From the NCBI GenBank assembly GCA_947176375.1, contig CAMWQM010000006.1, forward strand, positions 13,531 to 77,530: DNA of 64,000 bases, given 5' to 3'. Source of the stretch: an uncultured Helicobacteraceae bacterium (GTDB lineage Bacteria; Campylobacterota; Campylobacteria; Campylobacterales; Helicobacteraceae). Position numbers and translations under genes: made by a program. Positions within the stretch are counted from its first letter, which is position 1; the number at the start of each line of letters is the position of its first letter. Below the pieces are notes generated by a model. That model saw only the letters and a list, made by a program, of their open reading frames with translations. It did no database searches and was not told the DNA's origin. Below, in pieces: positions 1-10,636 of this stretch.

Positions 1-1518
1 ATAGCTTTATTTATTTTTCTACTTTTGTTAAATATATTTTTGCCTCCGCAAAGCGATGATATTGATGTAATGAGTAATCCAAATGGACTTGCTGCTGCAC
101 TAAACTCCTATAAAGGCTGGAATGCTAGAATAGGTGAGCTTCTCTACACTGGCTTTGTTGGCTCTATGAATGAGACTTTATTTAATATCATAAATGCTTT
201 TATTGGCACGATTTTTATCGTGCTAAATTTTGTTTTAATCTTTGGTAGATTCCCAAAAAATGGTAATGATTTTGTGATAATTGCTCTTATTTTATTCAAT
301 CTATTATATTTTAGTGCGTTTGGAAGTAATTTTTTGTGGGTAGCTGGAAGTTTAAACTATCTTTGGGGATTGTTTTTAGTCGCTTTGTTTTGGATTCCTT
401 ATCGATTATTTTATCAATCTAACACAACTAATTTAATAAATGAAGTGATGAATTTATTTAAAGGTACTTTTATAGTTTTATTTTTAATCTTAAGTTTCTT
501 TGCTGGAATGGCAAGTGAGCAGGCAGGAGCTGTTAGTATTATTATCCACTTTGTTTTGATTGTTTATATTTTTATCTATAAAAAATTCTTTTATAAAAAG
601 AAAATGATTGATAATATCTCCTTATCATCACTGCTATTTCCTGCCCCCTCCCATAGGATTTTGGATAATGGCTTTCCGCTGTGGTATAAGCTAGGCATTA
701 TTTTATTTATTCTTGGATTTTGTGTTTTGTATTTTTCACCTGGACACGAAGCTAGAGTAACTATGTATAAGGGTTTGTATCATTATTTAAGTCTTAGAGA
801 TTTTTTGGCACTAGATTTTGGTGCTAAAATGGATAGGATAATTCTAACCCTTCAAAATTCACATTCTTTAATGCTGAATTTACTTTCACTCTCTATGTTT
901 AGCACACTTTATCTATCATTTAGATTTATAAAATCTAGAGTGATTTATATTACTTTTTTATTTGTAATTTTATATCTTTTATATTTGCAAAATAATGTCT
1001 TTTTATCACATTTAATAATCATTTGTGTATGTATTAGATTTTTATATAGTAGGACTTTTCAAGCAATATTTGGAATCTATTTAATCTACTTATTAATTGC
1101 ACTTTCAACTTTTCAAATCACGCTTTTACCAGGACGAGCAAGGCTTATTGATGTTTTGCTTTTAAGTAGCATTTTTTGCATTTTGTTTAAATATTTTTCG
1201 CTCAATTCTATATTTAAAAAATATGCGAGCCGAATAGTTTTAGTGCTTGTTGTCGTATATGGGACTTTTGTGGCTGTTGAATACGCTAGATTTAATCATA
1301 GATGGAATGTGATGATAGAAGATATTCAAAAAGAGAAGCAGAAAGGTAATCTTGACATCGTGTATAAAAATATTTTTATCTCGCATTATAAAAATTTTGG
1401 TGATTGGAATAATCCCACTGACCTTTTTTTCGAACAGCCAAATATGCACTATGCAGAATATTTTGGGGTAAATAGCTTTAGAGTGGATGAATTCTATGTG
1501 TTTATTAAACGTTTTTAG
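1..1518 (+). CDS. Polytopic integral membrane protein, 5' end outside the window (GT-C-like / DUF6056-like glycosyltransferase suspected)
   Basis: The reading frame is open from nt 1; the ORF track starts it at TTG 25. The protein has about a dozen hydrophobic helices and no soluble domain. The family guess rests on general resemblance only. Confidence 0.55.
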   Translation: MALFIFLLLLNIFLPPQSDDIDVMSNPNGLAAALNSYKGWNARIGELLYTGFVGSMNETLFNIINAFIGTIFIVLNFVLIFGRFPKNGNDFVIIALILFNLLYFSAFGSNFLWVAGSLNYLWGLFLVALFWIPYRLFYQSNTTNLINEVMNLFKGTFIVLFLILSFFAGMASEQAGAVSIIIHFVLIVYIFIYKKFFYKKKMIDNISLSSLLFPAPSHRILDNGFPLWYKLGIILFILGFCVLYFSPGHEARVTMYKGLYHYLSLRDFLALDFGAKMDRIILTLQNSHSLMLNLLSLSMFSTLYLSFRFIKSRVIYITFLFVILYLLYLQNNVFLSHLIIICVCIRFLYSRTFQAIFGIYLIYLLIALSTFQITLLPGRARLIDVLLLSSIFCILFKYFSLNSIFKKYASRIVLVLVVVYGTFVAVEYARFNHRWNVMIEDIQKEKQKGNLDIVYKNIFISHYKNFGDWNNPTDLFFEQPNMHYAEYFGVNSFRVDEFYVFIKRF

Positions 1519-1719
1519 GAATTTTAAGAAATCATTATTTTTGAGATTGTAGAATCTGGTAATCTTAGTTTTTATACTTTAATAATTTAGAGCTATCAAA
1601 TCTTACTAAAATGTAAATCCATCACCTTAAAAAATGATAGTTTATTTGGGAATTTTATACTAAAAGCTATTTACTAAATTGTGCTATAATTCTTTCTTAA
1701 AATTTTTAAAGGTAATAAA

Positions 1720-2184
1720 ATGAAAATTGTAGTTATCCAAGGACCAAATCTGAATATGTTAGGACATAGAGACCCGCGGTTTTATGGGAATGTGAAGTTA
1801 GAGCAAATTCATAAAAATTTAGAGGATTTGGCAAAGCAGAATAAGTTTGAAGTTGAATTTTTTCAAAGCAATTTTGAGGGTGAAATCGTAGATAAGATTC
1901 AAGAGTGTATCGGTGAGTGCGATGGAATCTTAATCAATCCTGCTGCATATTCTCACACTTCAATAGCTATTGCTGATGCTATTGCTATGGCTCAAATGCC
2001 TGTTGTTGAGGTGCATTTAAGTAATATTTTTTCACGAGATGAATTTAGGAAAAAATCCTACACAGGTGAGGTTAGCACAGGTGTGATTGCAGGGTTTGGA
2101 CCTTTTGGCTATCACATAGGATTATTATCGCTTATGCAAATAATTACTGAAGTAACATTAGCCAAGCAAAACGTAGCGAAATGA
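1720..2184 (+). CDS. aroQ: 3-dehydroquinate dehydratase, type II
   Basis: 154 aa. N-terminus MKIVVIQGPNLNMLGHRDP and the motifs INPAAYSHTS and HLSNI are typical of type II dehydroquinase. Confidence 0.92.
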   Translation: MKIVVIQGPNLNMLGHRDPRFYGNVKLEQIHKNLEDLAKQNKFEVEFFQSNFEGEIVDKIQECIGECDGILINPAAYSHTSIAIADAIAMAQMPVVEVHLSNIFSRDEFRKKSYTGEVSTGVIAGFGPFGYHIGLLSLMQIITEVTLAKQNVAK

Positions 2185-3221
2185 CGATAGATACATTTTT
2201 TACTAGCAATGAGAGTGCAATGCAATATGAGTGTAACTTCTCCTGTGACAATGCAATATTTTTTAAAAATAATGCGGAATCTTATTTCATAACTGATAGT
2301 AGGTATACACTAGAGGCAAAAAGTGCAACTTCACATATAAAAAATATTAATATTGTAGAATCTAGCGACTTAGTAAAAGATTTTATAAAAATTGCAAAAA
2401 AAGCAAAGGAAATTACCTTTGACCCACTGAATTTAAATGTTGAATCTTATAATAAAATCAAAGATGAATTATCTCTAAAGGCAGAGCCAAACTTTCATCA
2501 AAAAAAGCGTATTTTAAAAACAAAGCAAGAAATAGAGCTAATCGCTAAATCACAAGAGCTTAATAAAAAAGCTTTCAAAAAATTTGCAAAATATTTAAAT
2601 AAAATGGCTTTGGAAAAACAACCTTTAGATAAATTAGATGAGCTATTTTTACATTTTAAGGCTAGGAGATTTTTAGAATATAGTGGAAAATATAGTATTA
2701 GTTTTAATCCTATTTTGGCTTTGAATGCAAATGCAGCTAAACCTCACGCTTTGCCTACAAAAGAGATTCTAAAAAAAGATGATTTGGTGCTTTTTGATGC
2801 TGGGATAAAATATAAGGGCTATTGCTCTGATATGACAAGAATTGGTTTTTTTGGTGAGACTTTTAATTTTGATAAAAGTCAAAGATTCCCAAAAAAAATA
2901 CAAAAAATATATGATATTGTGCTAAAAGCACAAGAAAATGCAATTAAAAACATTAGGGTTGGGATGAGTGCCAAAGAAGTGGATAATCTTACAAGAAATG
3001 TGATACAGAAAGCTGGATATGGAAAGTTTTTTACACATTCCACAGGTCACGGGGTAGGGCTTGATATACACGAGCTTCCTAGAATCTCTCCAAATAGTGA
3101 GACAATCATAGAAGATAATATGGTTTTTTCCATAGAGCCTGGAATCTACTTGCCAAATGAATTTGGCATTAGAATAGAAGATTTAGTAGTTATACAAAAT
3201 GGCAGAGCTAAAGTCATTTGA
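2181..3221 (+). CDS. Xaa-Pro aminopeptidase / proline dipeptidase (peptidase M24B)
   Basis: 346 aa. Pita-bread metal-ligand regions are present: FDAGIKYKGYCSDMTR, HSTGHGVGLDIHE, FSIEPGIY, RIED. The start overlaps the aroQ stop by 4 nt. Confidence 0.88.
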   Translation: MTIDTFFTSNESAMQYECNFSCDNAIFFKNNAESYFITDSRYTLEAKSATSHIKNINIVESSDLVKDFIKIAKKAKEITFDPLNLNVESYNKIKDELSLKAEPNFHQKKRILKTKQEIELIAKSQELNKKAFKKFAKYLNKMALEKQPLDKLDELFLHFKARRFLEYSGKYSISFNPILALNANAAKPHALPTKEILKKDDLVLFDAGIKYKGYCSDMTRIGFFGETFNFDKSQRFPKKIQKIYDIVLKAQENAIKNIRVGMSAKEVDNLTRNVIQKAGYGKFFTHSTGHGVGLDIHELPRISPNSETIIEDNMVFSIEPGIYLPNEFGIRIEDLVVIQNGRAKVI

Positions 3222-3276
3222 TAAATGTGTGTTTTGCGGTAGATAATTTAAGATAATAAGGTGATAAAGTAAAAAT

Positions 3277-3765
3277 ATGAGAGAGATAATTTGCAATCCA
3301 TTTTTCCCAAAACATTTTCATACAAATATAGCAAAAAATATGTATAAAAATACAAGCATTCTCTCAATCGGCGGGAATCTTAAAAATCCTATCAAAACTT
3401 TCATTTCTCTGCTAAAAAAACTTTGCAAAAATAATAATATTAATATCATCTCCACTTCACCAATCTATAAAAATCCTCCATTTGGCTATACCAAACAAAA
3501 TGATTTTTATAATGCCACTTTGATTTTAACGACAAAACTCTGCCTATTGGAGTTTTATTCATTAGTATTTTATTTAGAGCGAATCTTTGGTAGAGAGCGA
3601 AAAAGAGCATTTAAAAATGCTCCAAGAGCACTTGATATTGATATTTTATTTTTTAATGATATTTTTGTAAGAAATAAAAAGATAAATATCCCACATTTAG
3701 AGTGGGAAAACAGGGGGAGTGTGTTGGTGCCACTTAATTTTCAAGTAAATTATAAAGGTTTTTAA
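3277..3765 (+). CDS. folK: 2-amino-4-hydroxy-6-hydroxymethyldihydropteridine pyrophosphokinase (HPPK)
   Basis: 162 aa with HPPK motifs SIGGNL, SPIYKNPPFGY, QNDFYNA, RALDIDILFF and IPHLEWENR. Confidence 0.85.
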   Translation: MREIICNPFFPKHFHTNIAKNMYKNTSILSIGGNLKNPIKTFISLLKKLCKNNNINIISTSPIYKNPPFGYTKQNDFYNATLILTTKLCLLEFYSLVFYLERIFGRERKRAFKNAPRALDIDILFFNDIFVRNKKINIPHLEWENRGSVLVPLNFQVNYKGF

Positions 3766-5178
3766 ATGCAAAAAGATTTAGAGCTATACACATACACTGC
3801 CCCGACTTTTAAAGAAGCAATGGAAATAGCGAAGCAAAAGCACGGCGAAAATGCACTTGTGTTTTCATCAAGAGAGTTGAAAAAAAAGACTATTTTAGAG
3901 AATGGTTTGTATGAGCTAGTAATAGCGGTAAGAAAAGAAGAAGAAAATGAAAATATTAAAGAGAGTGCCCCAATAGCAGACAATAATATAGCAAAAAGAT
4001 TAGAAAAAATAGCACAAAAAGAGATAGAAAAAAAGCGTCAGCAGAGAAATAAAATCTCAAATGAGATTGATTTAGAACTATCAAATGTTGTTAAAGAGAT
4101 TACAAAAATAGCACAGATTCCGCCACGAAAGACACTAGAACCAAGAGAATCTACTGCATTAAAAGAATCTAGCATATCGCAAGAGGATAAAAAAATAGAT
4201 GAAGCATTGCAAAGAAGGGATATTCTAGCCAAAAATAGTGCAGACGAACTAAAAGAGCTAAAAACAATCAAATCATCAATAGATAAGCTAAATGACAGAA
4301 TGAAACTACTTCAAAGTATGTTTTGGAGTGAGGTGAATTTAAAAGTGCAAAATACAAATAATATCCCTCATGAATTTGCAGAAATTTATAGAATCTGTAA
4401 AAGTAGTGGAATGAAAAATGAGCATTTAGATGAAATTATGCAGCTCTCGCAGAATCTTATGCCCCTTAGTATGCGTGAAAATAGTAATACAATTAAACGA
4501 TATTTTAGAGAGGTTTTGCGAAAAATGATAGTTTGTCGTCCTGAAAATATTGATATGAAACGAAAAAGAATAGTAATGCTCGTAGGTCCAACAGGTGTAG
4601 GAAAAACGACTACTATTGCCAAACTAGCCACACATCATAGCATTCATAATAAATATAAAGTTGGGCTAATCACGCTAGATGAGTATAGAATAGGTGCTTA
4701 TGAGCAGCTTGCATTCTATGCAAAAAAGTTAAAAATTTCTATTAATAAAGTTAGTGATACAGCGGAGTTTAGCAGGGCTTTGGAAGATTTAAAATATTGT
4801 GATTATATTTTGATTGATACGATTGGAAGTTCCCAGCACGATAAGCAAAAGCTTGATATTTTAAAGCGGTATGTGAGTGCTGATTATAATATTGATGTAA
4901 ATCTTATGCTTTGTGCCACAACAAAATATGAGGATTTAAGAGATATTTACAATTCCTTTGGAATCTTAAATATTGATACTTTAATTTTCTCAAAGTTAGA
5001 TGAGAGCAAAGGCTTTGGTAATATTTTTTCATTAATTTATGATACAAAAAAACCTGTTAGCTATTTTACAATTGGGCAAGAAGTGCCAGAGGATATTTTG
5101 GTAGCAAAAAATGACTATCTTGCAGACTGCATTATAAATGGCTTTTCGAAGCCACAAAGGAATGGAATTATACGATGA
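3766..5178 (+). CDS. flhF: Flagellar biosynthesis SRP-type GTPase FlhF
   Basis: 470 aa. G1 motif LVGPTGVGKTTTIAKLA, then IDTIGSS and FSKLDES. The charged N-terminal half and the position upstream of flhG fit FlhF. Confidence 0.92.
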   Translation: MQKDLELYTYTAPTFKEAMEIAKQKHGENALVFSSRELKKKTILENGLYELVIAVRKEEENENIKESAPIADNNIAKRLEKIAQKEIEKKRQQRNKISNEIDLELSNVVKEITKIAQIPPRKTLEPRESTALKESSISQEDKKIDEALQRRDILAKNSADELKELKTIKSSIDKLNDRMKLLQSMFWSEVNLKVQNTNNIPHEFAEIYRICKSSGMKNEHLDEIMQLSQNLMPLSMRENSNTIKRYFREVLRKMIVCRPENIDMKRKRIVMLVGPTGVGKTTTIAKLATHHSIHNKYKVGLITLDEYRIGAYEQLAFYAKKLKISINKVSDTAEFSRALEDLKYCDYILIDTIGSSQHDKQKLDILKRYVSADYNIDVNLMLCATTKYEDLRDIYNSFGILNIDTLIFSKLDESKGFGNIFSLIYDTKKPVSYFTIGQEVPEDILVAKNDYLADCIINGFSKPQRNGIIR

Positions 5179-6035
5179 AAAATCAAGCAGCTGGATTGGA
5201 TGAGCTTTTAAAAAAAGTTCCTAAAACTTCCAAATCAACTAAATTTATCGCAATCACCAGCGGAAAAGGTGGTGTTGGAAAATCTACAATTAGTGCGAAT
5301 CTCTCTTATATCCTCTGGAGTATGGGGTATAAAGTAGGCGTATTTGATGCAGATATTGGACTTGCTAATTTAGATTTGATTTTTGGAGTAAAGGCAAAAT
5401 ATAATTTGCTGGATGTGCTAAAAGGAAATGCCAGCTTTGAAGATATAATCATAACTATTGAGAGCGGATTGTATCTCATTCCTGGCTATACTGGCGAGGA
5501 GATTTTTCAATATAATGAAAATATTTTAGAAAAGCTAAATTATCAAAATAATGTTTTAGATTTCCTTGATTTTTTGATAATTGATACAGGAGCGGGAATC
5601 GGCGAGAATGTGCAGAATTTCTTAAATGCAAGTGATTATCTAGTAGTGGTAACTATGCCAGATCCATCAGCTTTAACTGATGCTTATGCTTCTATCAAGG
5701 TTGCCTCAAAGCATAAAAATAAAATTTTTATGATAATTAATCAAACAAAAGGAATGAGTGAATCTAAAAATGTATTTGAACGAATATCAAGCGTAGCAAA
5801 GGTAAATATACCGCATTTAGAGCTAGAGCTACTTGGCAAAATTTCAACTAGCGATTCTGTCATTCAATCAAATAGACAAAGAAAATTATTTACAAAAATT
5901 TTTCCGCAATCTCCGCCTTCTGCTTCACTTCAAACTATCGCTAGGAACCTACTTAACAAAATGGAACAAAATATGCTTTTAGATAATGAAAATAGATTCA
6001 ATAAATTTCTTAGGAATATTTTGTATCATATTTGA
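5175..6035 (+). CDS. flhG: MinD/ParA-type ATPase FlhG (FleN/YlxH), flagellar number regulator
   Basis: 286 aa with deviant Walker A ITSGKGGVGKST and Walker B LIIDTGAG. The start overlaps flhF by 4 nt. Confidence 0.9.
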   Translation: MKNQAAGLDELLKKVPKTSKSTKFIAITSGKGGVGKSTISANLSYILWSMGYKVGVFDADIGLANLDLIFGVKAKYNLLDVLKGNASFEDIIITIESGLYLIPGYTGEEIFQYNENILEKLNYQNNVLDFLDFLIIDTGAGIGENVQNFLNASDYLVVVTMPDPSALTDAYASIKVASKHKNKIFMIINQTKGMSESKNVFERISSVAKVNIPHLELELLGKISTSDSVIQSNRQRKLFTKIFPQSPPSASLQTIARNLLNKMEQNMLLDNENRFNKFLRNILYHI

Positions 6036-6387
6036 AATAGCTTTAGGAGAATATGTGAAGCAAGATAATTATATAAGCTTTAGCATTGTTGTAGGATTTT
6101 TTGTCGGGCTTGTATTTTCTATAATCAAATTTCAATCTCCAGAACTAATCATACTCTTTACAATTATTTTTAGTATTATATTGTATTTAATAGCCTTATT
6201 TTGTGCTTCAATGTATATGAAATTTATTGATTATGATGAGAAAAAAATGAATATTAAAAAGCTAGACTCCACACTAAATTATTATTTAGATGAATTTGAT
6301 AAAAAAGAGAAAGAAACAACTAGCATACGAAACTACTTAAAACACAATATAAATTCTATGAATAATAAAGCGGCATATAAGGAATAA
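5986..6387 (+). CDS. Small membrane protein between flhG and fliA (position of H. pylori HP1033)
   Basis: Two predicted TM helices followed by a charged tail. A more likely start is GTG 6055, which is preceded by AGGAG and lies after the flhG stop. Confidence 0.6.
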   Translation: MKIDSINFLGIFCIIFEIALGEYVKQDNYISFSIVVGFFVGLVFSIIKFQSPELIILFTIIFSIILYLIALFCASMYMKFIDYDEKKMNIKKLDSTLNYYLDEFDKKEKETTSIRNYLKHNINSMNNKAAYKE

Positions 6388-6397
6388 GGGAGGTATA

Positions 6398-7096
6398 ATG
6401 CAGCAAAAAACTACTTACGAATCTGAATTAAAACACTCTCAAGATGCTTTAATGTTGCAGTATATGCCGGCTCTTCGCGCTATGGCATTTCGTTTGAGAG
6501 AGAGGCTTCCTAGCTCTATTGATATAAATGATTTAATCTCCATTGGCACTGAAGAGATGATAAAATTAGCAAGAAGATATGATAGCTCTATAAATGATTC
6601 CTTTTGGGGATATGCAAAAATGCGAGTTTATGGCTCTATGCTTGATTATTTAAGAGAGTTAGATGTTGTCTCTAGGTCTAGCAGAAAGCTAATAAAATCT
6701 ATCGATAGAGAAGTTTCAAAATATTTCAATGAAAATGAAGAAGAGCCCAGTGATGGATATTTAGCAGAAGTTTTAAATGAAGATGTAAAAAAGATTAGGG
6801 AGGCAAGAATCGCAAGTGATATTTACTCTCTTATCCCGCTTGATGAGCAGTATAACGCGATTGAGGGTGATAATATCGTAGAAAAACTTGAAAAAGATGA
6901 ATTGGTAAATATTATAAAAGATGTCCTCTCAAGCCTTTCAAAAAGGGAGCAAACGATAATTCAACTTTATTATTTTGAGGAATTATCGCTAAATGAAATT
7001 AGTGAGATTTTGGATATTACAAGTTCGAGAATTTCTCAAATTCATAAAGAAGTGATTAAAAAGATTCGCTCTCGTGTAGGAAATATTAATGGCTGA
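6398..7096 (+). CDS. fliA: Flagellar sigma factor sigma-28
   Basis: 232 aa. Region 2 (YGSMLDYLRE) and the region 4.2 HTH (LSLNEISEILDITSSRISQIHKEVIKKIR) are present. A GGGAGG RBS precedes the ATG. Confidence 0.92.
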   Translation: MQQKTTYESELKHSQDALMLQYMPALRAMAFRLRERLPSSIDINDLISIGTEEMIKLARRYDSSINDSFWGYAKMRVYGSMLDYLRELDVVSRSSRKLIKSIDREVSKYFNENEEEPSDGYLAEVLNEDVKKIREARIASDIYSLIPLDEQYNAIEGDNIVEKLEKDELVNIIKDVLSSLSKREQTIIQLYYFEELSLNEISEILDITSSRISQIHKEVIKKIRSRVGNING

Positions 7097-8162
7097 TATT
7101 TTAAGTCAAGAAGAAATTGATGCACTTCTTGAAGTAGTAGAGGACGAAGATACAGACAAAGAAAACCTTGATAGTAGTGATATTTTTAATCGTAAGCAAG
7201 TTACACTATATGATTTCAAGCGTCCAAATAGAGTAAGCAAAGAACAACTTCGTGCTTTTCGTGGAATCCACGATAAAATGGCTAGAAATCTTAGCTCACA
7301 AATCTCTGCAATTATGAGGAGTATTGTTGAAATTCAGCTTCATAGTGTGGATCAAATGACTTATGGTGAATTTTTAATGAGCTTACCTAGCCCAACTAGT
7401 TTTAATGTATTTTCTATGAAACCACTTGATGGGAGTGGAGTTTTAGAGATAAATCCTAGTATTGCATTTCCTATGATTGATAGACTCCTTGGTGGGAATG
7501 GTGAGCCTTATGAAAATACTAGAGAATTTAGTGATATTGAACTAAGTTTGCTTGATACAATTCTTCGCTATATAATGCAGAATCTTAAAGATGCGTGGGC
7601 GCCGATTACTGAGATTTTCCCTAGCGTTGATGCAAAGGAATCTTCTCCTAGCGTTATTCAAATCGTTGCTCAAAATGAAATTATCATAATGGTTGTAATG
7701 GAAATAATAATAGGGCATAGTAATGGTATGATGAATATATGCTATCCTGTTATATCACTAGAATCTGTGCTTTCTCGCCTTGCAAGCAGAGATTTGATGC
7801 TAAGTGAAACAAGTTCTAAGAAAAGTAGAAATAAGGAGCTTCAAGTTTTAATTGGAGGAGCATTAGTAAATGTTTCTGCTATACTTGGTAGTGCAAAGCT
7901 AACGCTAGAGGAAATTTTAGAGCTAAAAAATGGAGATATTATTAGGCTAGATAAAAGTGCTGATGATACAATTATTGTAAATATCGATGATAGGGATAAG
8001 TATATTGGTGAGATTGGATTGCAGAGATTTAGAAAAACTATCAAAATAAAAGATATAATCACAACTGAAAAAGACAAAGTCAAAGAAGTATTAGAAATGT
8101 TAGAAGGCAATAGAAAGCATAGAGTGGAGAATGTAAAAGAGGAGGAAGAAGCAAATGAATGA
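7089..8162 (+). CDS. fliM: Flagellar motor switch protein FliM
   Basis: 357 aa. The N-terminal CheY-P binding motif LSQEEIDALL, a CheC-like middle domain and a C-terminal SpoA-like domain are present. Confidence 0.93.
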   Translation: MADILSQEEIDALLEVVEDEDTDKENLDSSDIFNRKQVTLYDFKRPNRVSKEQLRAFRGIHDKMARNLSSQISAIMRSIVEIQLHSVDQMTYGEFLMSLPSPTSFNVFSMKPLDGSGVLEINPSIAFPMIDRLLGGNGEPYENTREFSDIELSLLDTILRYIMQNLKDAWAPITEIFPSVDAKESSPSVIQIVAQNEIIIMVVMEIIIGHSNGMMNICYPVISLESVLSRLASRDLMLSETSSKKSRNKELQVLIGGALVNVSAILGSAKLTLEEILELKNGDIIRLDKSADDTIIVNIDDRDKYIGEIGLQRFRKTIKIKDIITTEKDKVKEVLEMLEGNRKHRVENVKEEEEANE

Positions 8163-9012
8163 TTTTCTAAATCTAATACAAAATGAAAGCATAGCAACAA
8201 TAGAGGGGCTAACAGGCAAAAAACCAGAGATTAGCCATTCGGGTATATTAAATCAAAGTCAAATTAATATCCAAGCGCCTTTTGTAAAAATTATTTTAGA
8301 AAATAAGGCGCAGTCAAAAGTAATATTCATTGCTCCTATTGTGCTTACCACTGCATTATCAGACTTAATGCTTGGAGGAGATGGGGCTAGTAGTGAAAAA
8401 ATTACAAATGATGATTTAGACGCACTAAAAGAGATTGCCTCAAATATATTTGGAGCAATTTCTACCACATTAAAAGGGCAAAAAAAGCTTCCAGCTATGG
8501 AGTTTAAAGTATCGAGTGCGGATATTTTAGCAAAAAGTGAGAATCTAAATAATTTTGATTCAGGTTGCTTATTTAAATTTAATTTAGATTCTATTCATTC
8601 AGAGTTCATAATACTTTTTTCTACAAATATTATTAATGAAATTAATGCTAAAGAAAATACGAAATCTCAAACCACACAAACTCAAGTCCCTCCTGCAAAC
8701 ACTTCAAACCCATCGCATTCAAGCCCAAATCACAGCATTAGCCCAGAGCTAAAAAATATCGCAATGCTACTTGATGTAAAAATGCAAGTTAGGGTGCGAA
8801 TCGGACAGAAAAAAATGCTTCTTAAAGATGTAATAGCAATGGATATAGGAAGTGTGATAGAGCTAAATCAGCTTGCAAATGACCCGCTTGAAATTTTGGT
8901 TGAAGATAAGGTTATAGCAAAGGGAGAGGTTGTTATAATTGATGGAAATTTTGGAGTGCAAATTACAGAAATTGGGACAAAGAGAGAGCGATTAGAACAG
9001 CTAAAATTTTAA
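8155..9012 (+). CDS. fliY: Flagellar motor switch protein FliY (FliN family with N-terminal CheC-like region)
   Basis: 285 aa. The C-terminal FliN/SpoA domain reads VRVRIGQKKMLLKDVIAMDIGSVIELNQ...GEVVIIDGNFGVQITEI. The gene follows fliM with an 8-nt overlap. Confidence 0.88.
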   Translation: MNDFLNLIQNESIATIEGLTGKKPEISHSGILNQSQINIQAPFVKIILENKAQSKVIFIAPIVLTTALSDLMLGGDGASSEKITNDDLDALKEIASNIFGAISTTLKGQKKLPAMEFKVSSADILAKSENLNNFDSGCLFKFNLDSIHSEFIILFSTNIINEINAKENTKSQTTQTQVPPANTSNPSHSSPNHSISPELKNIAMLLDVKMQVRVRIGQKKMLLKDVIAMDIGSVIELNQLANDPLEILVEDKVIAKGEVVIIDGNFGVQITEIGTKRERLEQLKF

Positions 9013-10636
9013 ACTAGAATCTAAAAAATAGGGGAGAGTAATGCTGTTAGAGACGCGAAATACAAATTGAATAAGGAAAATACAAAATACTTTAGATGAA
9101 TAAGTTTTAGCAATCTATGTATTCAAATAGCTTTAATAAGGCAATCTTTTAGGGGATTGTGATAATAAAATGATAGATAAAAGTAGATTCTTGTTCTTTT
9201 ATTATGACTTACATTTTTCTTTGAAATACAAGAATATAGGCAATTATATGTGAATTATTGTCACTAAAAATACATTAAATTAAATCTTTTGCAACATTAG
9301 CTTTGAATTTTTGATATAAAAGTTTAATGCACTAAATAGTGGATGGTAGGAGCTAAAATAGTGATAAAATAGTAGAATTTAAATTAAATAATAAAATCTA
9401 TATTAACTCCAACAGCAAAAATAAATTTCGCAATCACCACAGCTTTACTAATCTACTCAAATCCTGTATCCACAGCAGATTCTACAATGTAGAATCTAAA
9501 TCTGCAACAAAATCTCATCTTATGGGGTAATCTAAAATGATTACAGAATCTAAAATTATCACTGCGATTATGTGGGGCTGGTTTTCTTATACATTTATTT
9601 TTATTCCAAATAATTTAATTATCCCTTGTTTATGGAGACACATTTAAATACCCTTAGCAAAGATTTTTTGGTGAAATTTGTTAAATATTTATCCACATTT
9701 ATTAAAGAAATTGGAGCTAGAGATTTATAAGCAGTTAAGAATGGAATCTTGCATGTCACATTGCCTTATACTAACTTTGTCAAAAAGAGAAATACTCCAA
9801 ATCAAAATAAAGTATTTTTGTAAATGTGCTATTCTTGGCTAAAAATTATCCCAAAATCCTTGATAAGATGCACAAATCATCAATCAAAGAAGCATTTCTC
9901 GCAAAGATGATTACAAATGGCAAAAACTATTATGATATGACAAAGAATCTTCTTTAAGATTATAGAAATTAAACAAAATTAGCAGTTACAAGCACCATGC
10001 ATTGTGCCACTTCTTGTATTGTTATAGGGATTTCAGTGGTGCTTATTGCTGAGGGTGAGGAGAATTTAGAGCTATTTAGTGTATTAGATGGAATCTTAAA
10101 GCCATATACTTTTAATGAACTAAAATCTAGGAAAATTGACTTTAGCTCAAAAATACTTAATATTGAGGAGCTAAAAGCTGCTATGCTCAAAAATCTATTT
10201 TTTAGCGTTAAAAAGGATTGTGGAGAGATGATAGATGAAAAAATCTAAAAAATATTAGAGAAAAAATAGCCAATTTTAAAATAGATAAAAACTAAAATCA
10301 TTTAATTAAAAAGCAAAATAAAGATTTTGCCATTACAGATTCAAAATAAAAAATAAGATTCTAGCTAGAATTTTCATTGATTAAATCAAGCAAAACTTCA
10401 AAAATTATTTTTCTACACATTATTTTAAGTTTATAACCTATAATTTCAGTGATAATTTTTACTTCAATATTATTCAATTTTTTAAATTAGAGTGCTAGTA
10501 AGTGACCTCCTAAAAGAATTTAAAAGTTTCCAAATAAATGCACATATTTGCTTAAAAATTAGATTCTATTTAAAGCCTAAACAATATATTTTTAGATAAA
10601 ATCTTTACTCTAATTTTGCTTTTAAAAGGTTGTATT

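Noticed and set aside
7841-8200. A 119-aa minus-strand ORF overlapping the fliM/fliY junction. Similar antisense ORFs occur at 3762-3983, 4038-4631, 21750-22293, 34783-35346, 36342-36554, 47067-47375, 47964-48398, 49068-49307, 61931-62209 and 62674-63082.
   Set aside because: All lie inside well-supported genes on the other strand. They show low-complexity shadow-frame composition and lack start context.
9997-10248. An 83-aa ORF in the fliY-ileS spacer.
   Set aside because: There is no RBS, no recognisable domain, and the surrounding DNA is clearly decayed. It is probably a chance ORF or a gene fragment.
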